From a virus (lineage: Duplodnaviria; Caudoviricetes): 64,000 nucleotides of DNA. This document shows positions 25,901 through 35,820 of the stretch, in pieces. The position numbers were made by a program, and so were the translations under genes. How positions within the stretch are numbered: the stretch's first letter is position 1; every line of letters begins with the position of its first letter. Under the pieces are notes generated by a model. That model made no database searches. It saw only the letters and a program-made list of their open reading frames with translations, and was not told the origin of the DNA. The stretch is taken from positions 31,653-95,652 of the IMG/VR virus record IMGVR_UViG_3300048995_000008; one strand, written 5' to 3'.

Positions 25901-26233
25901 TCACCGCAGAAAGTGCTGAACAATCAGCACGGCGATGGTGCCGGTGACGCTGCCAATCGCTGTGATGGCCCCTATGAGCCACAGAATCTTGTGCTTGAAC
26001 AGCGTCAGCGAGTCAATGTTTCTCTGCATCTCCATGTTAGTTTCCTCTAGCTTGACGATTCTGCGACTAAACGCGGCTATCTCACCGCCGTCGCCGTCAA
26101 CGCCGATCAGTTCTGCAAGTCTTAGCTCCATACCGTGCAGCAAGGCGTTACGTTGAGCCGATATCTCGGCCCTCTTCTGAGCTGCTAACATCTGCTCTAG
26201 CTGTATTCTAGTCAGACTTTCGTCGTTTTCCAT
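25901..26233 (-). CDS. coiled-coil protein with C-terminal TM helix (lysis cassette-associated)
   Basis: Heptad region then LWLIGAITAIGSVTGTIAVLIV. Confidence 0.6.
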   Translation of the reverse strand: MENDESLTRIQLEQMLAAQKRAEISAQRNALLHGMELRLAELIGVDGDGGEIAAFSRRIVKLEETNMEMQRNIDSLTLFKHKILWLIGAITAIGSVTGTIAVLIVQHFLR

Positions 26234-26286
26234 CTCATGGGATCTCCGAGTGCCACCCGAGTCCGCCCCATCGTCTTTGTTGACTC

Positions 26287-26685
26287 TCAGTAGGAGGTGC
26301 CATCCTGAACAGGCGTGACCGATGCAGTCACGGTGTTAGCTGACTTCTGCACGTACAGTGCTGCGAACCCGCCGACGTCAGGTATCATGAAGTGATACGT
26401 ACCGACTGCTAGAGCTGTGGCCACGATACCGAACTTAACGACACCGTACTGGTCCTGGAACAGACCCCAGGTGTCGTCAGACGCGTCTCCAGCGCCGCGC
26501 GTAAGCCGCACCCACAGCTTCACGTCTGACGCTCCACCCGAGATGGCGACGGTCAGCAGAACCTGTCGCCAGCCTGCCGTGTTGTACACGAAATTGGTGC
26601 CGATGTTGACGCCGACGTCGCCAGTCGGTGCCGCAGTCGTCACAGTCGGATGATCTACGCTCTTGTCGAATATCTGTCTCGGCAC
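26287..26685 (-). CDS. putative virion beta-sandwich protein
   Basis: GGAG RBS; beta-rich composition in the structural operon. Confidence 0.55.
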   Translation of the reverse strand: MPRQIFDKSVDHPTVTTAAPTGDVGVNIGTNFVYNTAGWRQVLLTVAISGGASDVKLWVRLTRGAGDASDDTWGLFQDQYGVVKFGIVATALAVGTYHFMIPDVGGFAALYVQKSANTVTASVTPVQDGTSY

Positions 26686-26694
26686 GAATAACTC

Positions 26695-27381
26695 CTAGAG
26701 CGGCGGTAGAACAGTCGCTGACGGAAATATAGAGAGTCTACTCTGAGAGACTACTTCGTACGGTTGCAGGTCAGCGTCGAAGATCGCAGCGTTCCACAAG
26801 TACGGGTCAGAGTCTCCAGTTGGCTGAAGCAGCGACGTGCGCGCTCTGACGAGCGTCGCCACAAACTGGCCAGTGTATGTCGTCTGATCGAGCACAACGA
26901 CGGCTGTGACGAGCTGTTTGGTGAATGCGTCGCCGACCTGCAGCACGCGACTGCCAGTGCCTGTCGTAGCGACGACTAGAGGACATACGACATTTGTCGA
27001 GGCAGTGATCGCACTCTCCACCAGCGCGACAGTGCTCACACCCGGGTGAAAGTGGATTGAGACGAGATTGTCGAGACTGTCGATCGTGACACCTGCAGGT
27101 GCGTCAGCCACTAGCTGCACGAGGATAGGCAGTCCGATGTTGCCACTGACCATGCGGCCGCGAAGGACGCTGTCTAGACTGCCGGCACCTACGCCGGCAC
27201 AGCTGAGCGTGTCAGACGAACTGATCGTGAACAGCGCCGGCACCTTGGCGTCTGCCGTCACGGACAGGTATGCAACGGCTGGTGGCGTGAGGGCGATCGG
27301 TGAGCCGCGAAAGTCTCGCGCAGTCATCCTGAACGGAAGAGCGCGATCCGCAGTACCTCGCATGTCCTTGGTGACTATCAC
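26695..27381 (-). CDS. putative virion protein sharing a domain with 27655..29262
   Basis: GVT...N...I.F..GVSTV...E.AITA repeated in both. Confidence 0.55.
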   Translation of the reverse strand: MIVTKDMRGTADRALPFRMTARDFRGSPIALTPPAVAYLSVTADAKVPALFTISSSDTLSCAGVGAGSLDSVLRGRMVSGNIGLPILVQLVADAPAGVTIDSLDNLVSIHFHPGVSTVALVESAITASTNVVCPLVVATTGTGSRVLQVGDAFTKQLVTAVVVLDQTTYTGQFVATLVRARTSLLQPTGDSDPYLWNAAIFDADLQPYEVVSQSRLSIFPSATVLPPL

Positions 27382-27382
27382 G

Positions 27383-27667
27383 TCATTCCTTCTGTGACGA
27401 CATCTCGACAGTTGACGAGCCGTCGACTAGGCGCGTCTGTTGTTCGTCAGTGTCGAGTACGACGGCTGCCGAAGACCCATCTTTAGTCTCTGCGTCTGCA
27501 GAGACGAGACTGGCGTGCGGCTCAATAGACTCAGAGCGTGTCTTGACAGTCGCGTCTACTGCGACGTTGGCGGCACTGCTGCCGTTGCTCGCTTGTCCGT
27601 ACGCAGACAGGCTAACGGCGTCGGCGCTGGAGCTGAGGTCTAGCGGAGAGACAGTCACAGTCCGCAC
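27383..27667 (-). CDS. hypothetical protein
   Basis: Fills the gap between structural genes. Confidence 0.45.
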   Translation of the reverse strand: MRTVTVSPLDLSSSADAVSLSAYGQASNGSSAANVAVDATVKTRSESIEPHASLVSADAETKDGSSAAVVLDTDEQQTRLVDGSSTVEMSSQKE

Positions 27668-29262
27668 GCGATCCAGAAGGTAGCCGGACCGAGCACACAG
27701 CCGTTCGGCATGTTGGTGTATCTCACCGACAGCTGTTCACACGCTGCGAATCCAGACGAAGCGTTGAACTTCGCTCTAGGCCCGCGTAGACCGTTCGACC
27801 ACACTGGTACCCCAACGGAGTGTGACGGACTGTCCCGAATCGCAGGCCCTACGTCTGGGCTGTGGAGACGCTCGAACGTAAAGGACGTTATAATCTCCTC
27901 GACACTGTTCGTGGCGTTTGCAGACGCGTTGACACCGACTAGATTCGCGGCGAGAAAGCTGCTCAGCGTCGGAGACTGTAGAGAACCAAATGTGCCGAAC
28001 GACGCGTCCAGGTTGCCGGGGTCGCGAGTCGAGCGCCATATGGAGTATCCAAGGAGTCTACCGTGACGACACGGGCACGGCACGTACAGCGTATTTGTTC
28101 CGCTCGTGGCTGTGACACTGTTTCCACTATTGGTGGTCGACCATCCTGCGACCTGCCTGTACGCCGTCGGGTCGACAGTGAATGAGCGCACTCCGAGCGG
28201 AATGCGAAGATCGTGCACTGAGACATTATTGAGTGCAACTGCGTCCTTGCCGAAGATTGGTGCGTTACCTCCTGTCGTCCAGCCATTACCAACGACGGCG
28301 TAGCCTACCACACACCCACTCTCACCGCTGACTGTCGGATCGGGGATCTGTGGACTGGCCGCAGGTGTTCCGACGACTACAGATGGCGCGCACTGTACGC
28401 GCAGTCGCTTGCTCAGCGTAGAGCTGACTGTCAGTGCGTTGACACCGCCAGTGAGATGAGTTGCTGCGAATGTGTCTGCAGGGTCAGTCAGCACGCTGGC
28501 AGGCGTGCCTGCCGACTGAATCTCGATCAACGTAGAATTCGCCGTAATCGCTGTCTCAATATTGAGCACAGTCGAGACGCCCGTTTGATAGAGAATAGTG
28601 ATCGTGTTTCCGCTCTCTGAGTACGTGACGCCGGTGCCGGTAGTTCGCTTCTGCAGTGCCATCGTGATCTGGTCACCACCAAGTCCGCTGACGATAGCTC
28701 TGACGATCGTGTTGACATGAGCCGTGAGTGTCACAAGATTGAGTGACGCCTTGACGGGCACGGTCTGCGTGACGCGCGACGTGGGAGCCGCAGAGACTGT
28801 AGTCAGTGAGATCTGTAGCAGATCGACACGCGGGTTCGTCGCATCGCCATTCGTGAGAGTCCACATGTCTTGATTGCTGACACCTCCGACCGGAAGTGCA
28901 GCCCCGTCGTCGATGAAGAATGGAGTCAGGTTAGGAAGATCGCCAGCAGGAGGGAGACTACCAACCTGACCAAGTGGCTGAAAGATTGGCCCGAATCCTA
29001 GCGCGATTTTGCTGTTCGTGGATCCTTGCTGAAGCGCAGCTACACCCGGGTGCAGACACCTGGCGAACTGGACGTCAAAACCGTGGTCAATACCCCAGAA
29101 GTCAATGTTGACGCTGCCACGAAACTGCGGTGCAAGCGTGTCCAGCGCTTGACTGAGTAGGGCGAACCTAGCGTACTGCTGCAAGGTGTTCAAGTCTGCG
29201 TGAGTGAGCTCCTCACCGTCATTGAACTGTAGTCCTGCTGGAAAGATCAGGTCAGAGCTCAT
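27655..29262 (-). CDS. tail fibre/baseplate-distal structural protein
   Basis: F.DGE.L...DLN.LQ N-terminus and NPRVDLL motif typical of fibre/baseplate attachment; follows wedge genes. Confidence 0.65.
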   Translation of the reverse strand: MSSDLIFPAGLQFNDGEELTHADLNTLQQYARFALLSQALDTLAPQFRGSVNIDFWGIDHGFDVQFARCLHPGVAALQQGSTNSKIALGFGPIFQPLGQVGSLPPAGDLPNLTPFFIDDGAALPVGGVSNQDMWTLTNGDATNPRVDLLQISLTTVSAAPTSRVTQTVPVKASLNLVTLTAHVNTIVRAIVSGLGGDQITMALQKRTTGTGVTYSESGNTITILYQTGVSTVLNIETAITANSTLIEIQSAGTPASVLTDPADTFAATHLTGGVNALTVSSTLSKRLRVQCAPSVVVGTPAASPQIPDPTVSGESGCVVGYAVVGNGWTTGGNAPIFGKDAVALNNVSVHDLRIPLGVRSFTVDPTAYRQVAGWSTTNSGNSVTATSGTNTLYVPCPCRHGRLLGYSIWRSTRDPGNLDASFGTFGSLQSPTLSSFLAANLVGVNASANATNSVEEIITSFTFERLHSPDVGPAIRDSPSHSVGVPVWSNGLRGPRAKFNASSGFAACEQLSVRYTNMPNGCVLGPATFWIACGL

Positions 29263-29750
29263 GAGTACTCCTGGACTAGAAAACTCTTAGCTGCAGCTCG
29301 CTTGGCGCGAACAGCGTCAGTGACAGCCACCAGGCAGTCAGCGCTCGCTGGAATGCGAACGATGATCATCGTGTCACCGACGTGGCTGTCTCTGTCTAGA
29401 TAACATCGCCTGTCCAGGTACAACGCGTCACGAGGTAGTTCAAGCATGAAGACCTGCCCACCGCCATTCGTATCGACGATCTGCTGCACAGCCTGCAGAA
29501 TCAGGTCTGGTGTCAGAGCAAGTGGGGGCGTCTGTACGCGAGCTCTGAGTGCGTCGTCTGTCTCACCATCTTGTCGAAAGAGACCCACTGACCTGGCCGC
29601 CAGCTCTAGATAGGCGTCGTCAGCGAATGAGACGACACCCATTCTAGACCAGTTGCGAAGCGTACCGTCAGCAATCGCCATCATTTCGGCGAGCACATAC
29701 GCGTCGTCAGTGTTGTCAGGTCGATCTGGTCGCCCCATGTCTTGAGGCAC
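29259..29750 (-). CDS. baseplate wedge protein (P2 gpI/Mu gp48-like)
   Basis: L.L.A...GL.R..GETD..LR.R motif; follows baseplate J; frame open to 29819. Confidence 0.7.
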   Translation of the reverse strand: MPQDMGRPDRPDNTDDAYVLAEMMAIADGTLRNWSRMGVVSFADDAYLELAARSVGLFRQDGETDDALRARVQTPPLALTPDLILQAVQQIVDTNGGGQVFMLELPRDALYLDRRCYLDRDSHVGDTMIIVRIPASADCLVAVTDAVRAKRAAAKSFLVQEYS

Positions 29751-29811
29751 GACTGACCTGTAGAGACCGACTAGTCCTTCGACGACGTCAGCCTCAAGCG
29801 GTATCGTGAAG

Positions 29812-30900
29812 CTAGGAATGAGTCACCAAACCGACTCTGATGACCTGTGACGACGTCGTCGGTGCCAGGTCTGCGGCTGGTACGTTGACTCTACACGACA
29901 CAATGGACTGCCTGTCGACGTTCTCTACTGCTGTCGAGAAGATGGTTCTGTAGAACGTCTCGCCTGGCTGTAGTCTTCCAACAGCAGCCCGACCAGCTGC
30001 GTCAGTTCTTGCAAACAGAGCATTGACGTCTACGCCGGCTCTGACGACGAGAGAGTAGTCCACGTCTATCGTCAGCAGCGAGGCGGCGATGACGACGACC
30101 GTGTCGCCAGCACTGCGCCACGCTGGAGGTCCGTTTATCACGGCTCTAGCTGCGTCTGCGAGCGCAGTGTTAGAGTTACCGTCAGCATCGCTTACGTACA
30201 TCGTGATGACACCACCACCGCTGTTGACCAGACTGGCTCGCTTGACGCCTGGAGTGAGCTTAGCGCCGAATATCAGAGCGTCCTCTGTACCTCTTCTTAG
30301 TACGAGAGGAAACGCAGCCGTGCGCGCCTGCAGGTCCGCGTCAGACTCAGCAGCTGATCCTCCAGCGAAGCGAACGCTGTTCGTCACGCTGATTCCTGTC
30401 AGTGTGATTGTGTCGAGGATGCGAGTTACAGTGTTCGCCTCGGCATTACCGATAGCGTCTATCTGAGTACACGTGCAGGTCACAGACTTTGACGTGTCAC
30501 TGGTGGCGAAGATAGCGTCTACGTCAGTCGTGAACGTCGGGAACGCGCCCGTGACAGAGTCTGGGTCAGTCGCGACGCGCGTACCTGAAGGAATCACGCC
30601 AACCGGGCCGGTGCCGATGCGACTGAACGTGACAGTACCTACGGCAGGATCACCAGGATCCCAGTCGACACCGCGATCGTGACTGACGACGTGGAGATCG
30701 TCTCCCTCCGCACCAAACAACAGCACAGATCTGAAGCCTCGAGCGCCGACACCTATGATGGCGTTAGCCATCGAGGCACCGGCACTCACGTACGCGTCGC
30801 TGACGTCACCTGGCCGCACGACGATCGACGGTCTTCGGGACTGTAGCGTCGCAAGACCGATGTCGTACAGATCCTGATATGACAGAACTGCACCTGCCAC
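29812..30900 (-). CDS. baseplate J-like protein
   Basis: AEG.DL, A.GTVTF, IP.GT.V, GN, GG...ESD..L..R, RGT..AL, PGV. Confidence 0.9.
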   Translation of the reverse strand: MAGAVLSYQDLYDIGLATLQSRRPSIVVRPGDVSDAYVSAGASMANAIIGVGARGFRSVLLFGAEGDDLHVVSHDRGVDWDPGDPAVGTVTFSRIGTGPVGVIPSGTRVATDPDSVTGAFPTFTTDVDAIFATSDTSKSVTCTCTQIDAIGNAEANTVTRILDTITLTGISVTNSVRFAGGSAAESDADLQARTAAFPLVLRRGTEDALIFGAKLTPGVKRASLVNSGGGVITMYVSDADGNSNTALADAARAVINGPPAWRSAGDTVVVIAASLLTIDVDYSLVVRAGVDVNALFARTDAAGRAAVGRLQPGETFYRTIFSTAVENVDRQSIVSCRVNVPAADLAPTTSSQVIRVGLVTHS

Positions 30901-31334
30901 TATCGTCTCCCGCTGAGCACTGTGAAGACTGACCTGCGTGCGCCAACTGGCTCATAGTTGATCGACAGCCCAAGGCCATGCTTGTTCGCTAATCTCACCA
31001 CGTCTGCACCGACGAATCTACCGACACGCGGATTGAGCAACATACGTCGTCTCACCCGGGTGACCATGACGTCAATCAGCGATCGAGTAGCGCTCGCGAA
31101 CACGGTGTTGACGACACCCATCCCCCACTCTGGTCGTCGTAAGAGTGAGCCAGGACTGGCCAGTGCCTCGCGCCGTACAGACTGCTCTGCTGCATCTGAG
31201 CCAGTCACAGTACGCCAGTCTCCAGCAGAGATCTCTAGGCGACTTGTGAACATCACGTCTTCACCTGACAGCTCTGTCAGTGCTGGAGGCGTAGACCGAA
31301 TCGGTGGAGGTGACGGTAGCAGGAAGACAGCCAC
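30900..31334 (-). CDS. baseplate wedge gp25/gpW-like (sheath initiator)
   Basis: GD...V.G....Q......PG.L..RPEWG.G...NPRV. Confidence 0.8.
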   Translation of the reverse strand: MAVFLLPSPPPIRSTPPALTELSGEDVMFTSRLEISAGDWRTVTGSDAAEQSVRREALASPGSLLRRPEWGMGVVNTVFASATRSLIDVMVTRVRRRMLLNPRVGRFVGADVVRLANKHGLGLSINYEPVGARRSVFTVLSGRR

Positions 31335-31335
31335 T

Positions 31336-32235
31336 CTATGTCAGCTCCCCTCCGCTGACGAAGCGGATGTCGATGTTTGAGCGCCACCACCCGCCATTCG
31401 GCAGTATTGTGATCTCGAAGGTGTTGTTAGGTAGGTTGACGACTTTAGAGTGATCGCCGAACAACGGCATCATCTGGCTGCGACTGCCGTCGTAGACAGT
31501 CCATGGTAGCGAGCCGATTTTAGCGAACACATAAGGCACGTGACCAGCGCTGCACTGCACGACACCGACGATAGGTGTGAAGCGAGCGATCCTAGGGTCT
31601 GGGCTGAGTAACGATCCGTCTGCAGGTGTCAGCGATACTAGAGAGCCAGTGCTCGCACTGACTCCTTCGACACCTTGCCACACGACAGCTGTGCCGAATC
31701 CTGCGTGTGTGTACTGAAGAATCACAGCACCTGCAGTCACGGCGTCGGCAGCGACACCCTGATAGTAGTACAGTCCAGAGCCGACAGGAACGAGTGACCC
31801 TGTCGAAGTCGTGTACGCTGCGCCGTTAGCGCTTACTTGCAGGTCAGGCGATACCGCAGTCGCCGTAGTGGCGAGATTGCCGTTTGTGTCGTATATTGTC
31901 AGCGGCAGACGTAGCAGCGTCGCATCGGTCTCTCCAGTCTTGAAGATCTGGCCGACAGGTGTCCAGTCGATCTCTGTCGCGAAGCCAGCTCGCTCGTACT
32001 TGACGGCCAGAAAGCCAGGCGTGTGTGCCTCTAGCAGCGAAGCTTCGTAGTAGTAGGAACCGCCACCCATGTGAACAAGAGTTCCACCGGCATTGACGAA
32101 TGCTGCACCATTCTGTGATACCTGCACTGCACCGGCCGGCGGTGACGACGCAGCCGTAGTAGAAAGCACGCCCGTATCGTCACGAATCGTCATGTAGATT
32201 CGTCGTAGCTCGATGTTTGGCTCGTCTATTTTCAT
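31336..32235 (-). CDS. virion protein with two tandem Ig-like repeats
   Basis: Internal duplication: QVS.NGAA......G.LV..G.G.YYY occurs twice. Confidence 0.6.
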   Translation of the reverse strand: MKIDEPNIELRRIYMTIRDDTGVLSTTAASSPPAGAVQVSQNGAAFVNAGGTLVHMGGGSYYYEASLLEAHTPGFLAVKYERAGFATEIDWTPVGQIFKTGETDATLLRLPLTIYDTNGNLATTATAVSPDLQVSANGAAYTTSTGSLVPVGSGLYYYQGVAADAVTAGAVILQYTHAGFGTAVVWQGVEGVSASTGSLVSLTPADGSLLSPDPRIARFTPIVGVVQCSAGHVPYVFAKIGSLPWTVYDGSRSQMMPLFGDHSKVVNLPNNTFEITILPNGGWWRSNIDIRFVSGGELT

Positions 32236-32242
32236 CTCTTCT

Positions 32243-33766
32243 TTACGACGGACCGAGCGCGAAGAACATCGTCTGACCTGCACCGCCTGCACTGCCAGCG
32301 ACCCCTGTGCCCGCGTTGCTGCCGCCGATGCCGCCTGGCGCACTGATTGTGAGGCCGCCTGGAATCGTAGACCCACCATAGCCGACTGAACCGTATCCTC
32401 CACCTCCACCTCCACCTCCACCACCGTTGCAGCCGACGCCGCCGGTTGTGGCTCCTCCAGCTCCGCCAGGCGCTGTCACCACTAGACTACCAGTGAGCTG
32501 TCGCATGCCGACGATGATGACGCCACCACCGCTGCCACCACCACCACCAGAGCAGACGCCTGTTGTACCGCCACCACTTCCGCCACCACCACCACCGCCG
32601 AGTCGCCCGGGGTTGCTCATACTGATTGCACCGAGCGAAGCCTGGATCCATGTCTGAGGTCTGCCTAGATCGTCCGTAACGATCGTACTAGCTACAGAAC
32701 CTGTTCCACCGGTGTGCGTGCCAGTGCCGTCGTTACCGCCGGTTCCACCTGCTCCTGCTCGAAACGACGTTGGCCAGACACCTGGGGAGAATGCGGTTGC
32801 ATTCTGACCTGCGTTCTGAATACCGGTAGCGCCAGCGCCGCTTGATCCTCCGACTGGCCCGCCACTCAGCGCGTTGCCAGCCGTCGCGCCGCTGCCTGCC
32901 AGGCCAGGTGCTGTGATCGTGGCGACGCCGCTAGTGACTACGATGCCGACTGAGGCGAATATGCGACAGCTCTCAGCACTGGTTGAGCAAGTCAGTGTTG
33001 TTCCAGATGCTAGCGTGAGAGTCGTATAGAACTTGTCACCGTTGACTGTCTGCGCGCCAGACAGCGACGCTGAACCGTCAAACCCGTCTCCAAAATTGCC
33101 CCCACCCGCCACGACTGTCGGAGCTGGAGGAGCAGTCCAGGTGCCGTCGGCTCGCAGAAAGTTGGACGTACCGCCACCACTGAGTGGGGTTAGGCCATTG
33201 AGCGTCGACGTGAACACATTCAGGGCTGCGGTAGTCTGCGCGATGGTAGACCAGGTGTTGTCTCCTCGGAGAAAGTTCGTACTGACTGAGGAGGCACTAG
33301 TTACTCCACTCGCGCCAGTGCTGAAGAGACCGACTGCGATCGTTCTGTTAGCGCTGAGATCGGCGCTCGCTCCACCACCGATCGTCACAGGTGACGTCGT
33401 CGTTATCGTGCGCGTGGTTGGTACGAAGGAGCCGCTCGCTTGCGCTGTTGTGCGCCCTTGAGCATCGATCGTGAGATTGCACGCCGTGCAGCTGCCGGCA
33501 GAGACTGACGTATTAGCGAGACTACCAGGAGAGCCGGCAGAGCCAGTTCCGTTCATGCCAGTGCCGGCAGTCCACGTTGTTAGAAGAGGATTACTCACAG
33601 TGCCGCTGCCAGAAGAGAGATTACTCGTATTCGAACTCTGTGTGATCTTGGCTAGACCACCGCCGCTAGTGAGCTGACCACCAGAGTTACCTGCCAGTGC
33701 CAGAGCAACAGCGACGGCTAGTGCAAGAAGAACACTGCCAGAGACGTATAGACTTCGGTACTTCAT
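32243..33766 (-). CDS. glycine-rich fibre-like protein with N-terminal signal/TM segment
   Basis: NFLRGDNTW/NFLRADGTW fibre repeats, poly-Gly C-terminal domain, hydrophobic N-terminus. Confidence 0.65.
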   Translation of the reverse strand: MKYRSLYVSGSVLLALAVAVALALAGNSGGQLTSGGGLAKITQSSNTSNLSSGSGTVSNPLLTTWTAGTGMNGTGSAGSPGSLANTSVSAGSCTACNLTIDAQGRTTAQASGSFVPTTRTITTTSPVTIGGGASADLSANRTIAVGLFSTGASGVTSASSVSTNFLRGDNTWSTIAQTTAALNVFTSTLNGLTPLSGGGTSNFLRADGTWTAPPAPTVVAGGGNFGDGFDGSASLSGAQTVNGDKFYTTLTLASGTTLTCSTSAESCRIFASVGIVVTSGVATITAPGLAGSGATAGNALSGGPVGGSSGAGATGIQNAGQNATAFSPGVWPTSFRAGAGGTGGNDGTGTHTGGTGSVASTIVTDDLGRPQTWIQASLGAISMSNPGRLGGGGGGGSGGGTTGVCSGGGGGSGGGVIIVGMRQLTGSLVVTAPGGAGGATTGGVGCNGGGGGGGGGGYGSVGYGGSTIPGGLTISAPGGIGGSNAGTGVAGSAGGAGQTMFFALGPS

Positions 33767-33767
33767 A

Positions 33768-34436
33768 CTACTCTACCTCGAGGACAGTTGTCAGATAGCT
33801 GGACCCAGCGCTCTTGAACGTCGCTATTGCAGTCTCCATCACAGTGAGTGCGGTGACTAACAGCGGCGTCGCTGCATTCGACGGATCAGCCACTGCCTTG
33901 ATCCCACCGACGTACGTATTGATTGCTATGAGCAGCGTATTTAGCTGAGTCAGCAGTGCATCTTCAGCTGTTCTGTACGTCTGGCCCATCACAGTCGGCT
34001 GTGTCACGCTGCTCGTGGTAGCGTGAATCTTCGAGCCAGGGCCGACCACTAGGTTGATGTCACCAGAAACATACACGTTGTGCTGCTGTGGACTCAACCC
34101 AGGTGGTGCTGTCGCATGCGAGACGTTGGTATAGCCGTAGTGTCCGATGACGTATAGCTCGCCCTCGAAGTTGCCCATGTCGCTAGCTAGCAGCACCTCA
34201 GCGCCGATGTCTGGTACAGACCACACGCCGTGACCGTTTGATAAATTAGCGATCACCGGCACGCTGTGGTGGTGCGTCTCTACGTGCACGACGAGATTGT
34301 GTTCGTCATTGACGAAGTAGTGCTTGTCTTCGCCAGGTGGCTTGACGACCGTGCCGGACAGTGTGTGGATGCTATCGTCAGCCAGAAATTTTCTGAGGTT
34401 GGCGTAGCCCACTTTACGCTGCTCCTGAGACGACAT
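33768..34436 (-). CDS. baseplate spike (gpV/gp45-like OB fold)
   Basis: G.WSVPDIGAEVLL...G......VIG motif; follows the hub. Confidence 0.75.
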   Translation of the reverse strand: MSSQEQRKVGYANLRKFLADDSIHTLSGTVVKPPGEDKHYFVNDEHNLVVHVETHHHSVPVIANLSNGHGVWSVPDIGAEVLLASDMGNFEGELYVIGHYGYTNVSHATAPPGLSPQQHNVYVSGDINLVVGPGSKIHATTSSVTQPTVMGQTYRTAEDALLTQLNTLLIAINTYVGGIKAVADPSNAATPLLVTALTVMETAIATFKSAGSSYLTTVLEVE

Positions 34437-35820
34437 CAGGAGCTACGACGGTGTTGGCTGGCTCGAAGCTATCTGCGAATGCAATCTCACGACGCTCGTA
34501 TGTGAAGTTGACAGCCTCGACCTCTACCTTCAGGCCATCCTTCTGATCGAAGTCAAAGTCGACCTTGCGCACGTAGTACGGCTGGCGAAACTGCTGAATT
34601 CTGTCAATGTTGGTAGCGACGAACGCGCAGAGACGAGGTGCGTAGCCGAGTGCCTCGAGGAATCTCACGCGACCTGCAAAGTCTAGCGCACGCATCTGGT
34701 CGCCGAGAAACGGATCGAAGTCCACTCTGATGGCGTCTCCTTCGTGCAATTGCAGAGTGTTGAACTCCTCTGAGCTGACGAACGACTCACCTGTCTCTGG
34801 TACTGTGGACACAGGACTCGGTCCCTGGAGGCGTAGGTGACGCGTCTCTATCGTGTATGTCGACTCAGCCCTCGCTAAGAGTTCCCATCGCATCTTGGCG
34901 AATCGCAGTGCACTGTCTCTGTCATGGCAGTACGCCGGGGCTGGAATAGTCTCAATCTCGTTCTTCTTAAGGCCGAGACCAGTAGTCAACTTGAGCCCGT
35001 GTGGCGGGTAGAGCACCTCGAACTTCTGACGACTCCTTGCGTCCCAGTAGATCATCTTGATCTGCGGTACGCGCTCCTTGGCTAGCTTTCGCTTTGCCTC
35101 GAAGCTGATCAGGTCACGCCCGTGTGTGATGCGTGGTGCCTGAGCTATTGACTCCTGGGTCTGCGTGCGTGGGTCAGTGATGTGAATGGTAGAGCCGCGT
35201 ATAAAAACGATGAAGCCATGCTGGATGCATATGTCATAGATCACCTCCCACGTCGTCTTGCCGGGCTTGATCCACATTCCCTTACGCTTCGTAGATCGTG
35301 CAGCGCCGGCTGAGATCACCGGGTCGATCGGCGACTCCCAGACGACGACAAACCTGAACGGACTGTTCTTCGGTGCGGCACTGTCAGCTACGAACTGCAC
35401 AGCTTCGTCAAGCGGTATGCCAGATGGCACGGTCTTGGTGGAGTCCCACTCCGGGTCCAGGACGGCAGTGTAGTCTCGACCTGAGATCACCAGCTGCTGA
35501 TCCTTGCCGATCTTGAACGTGTCGTCGTCGGCGAGGCCGCGCAGCATCTCGTTCGACTTGGTCTGCCACTCCTGGCTTCCACTTCCGGTATCGTCCCACA
35601 TGTAGATCTTCACGGCGATCGAGGCGATTCCCTCCGGATCTAGCGGCAGCACGCGCGCGTCGAACGTCATATGCCACGTGTCAGCCTCGTGATAGCCGTT
35701 GCGCGACAATCTGCAGGACTTTGGCAGCACTCTGTCTATCGTGAAGATCTTATTCGGTGCGCCGCGACCATCGAACGCGACTGTAAGCTGAGCGCCACAT
35801 CTCGGTCGGAAGATGCTCAC
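34414..35820 (-). CDS. baseplate hub protein (P2 gpD/Mu gp44-like)
   Basis: AD.W..TF, RG.AD, ISGRDYTA.L, TWEVI...C...G; C-terminal YYVRKV...F...G. Confidence 0.75.
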   Translation of the reverse strand: MSIFRPRCGAQLTVAFDGRGAPNKIFTIDRVLPKSCRLSRNGYHEADTWHMTFDARVLPLDPEGIASIAVKIYMWDDTGSGSQEWQTKSNEMLRGLADDDTFKIGKDQQLVISGRDYTAVLDPEWDSTKTVPSGIPLDEAVQFVADSAAPKNSPFRFVVVWESPIDPVISAGAARSTKRKGMWIKPGKTTWEVIYDICIQHGFIVFIRGSTIHITDPRTQTQESIAQAPRITHGRDLISFEAKRKLAKERVPQIKMIYWDARSRQKFEVLYPPHGLKLTTGLGLKKNEIETIPAPAYCHDRDSALRFAKMRWELLARAESTYTIETRHLRLQGPSPVSTVPETGESFVSSEEFNTLQLHEGDAIRVDFDPFLGDQMRALDFAGRVRFLEALGYAPRLCAFVATNIDRIQQFRQPYYVRKVDFDFDQKDGLKVEVEAVNFTYERREIAFADSFEPANTVVAPDVVSGAA

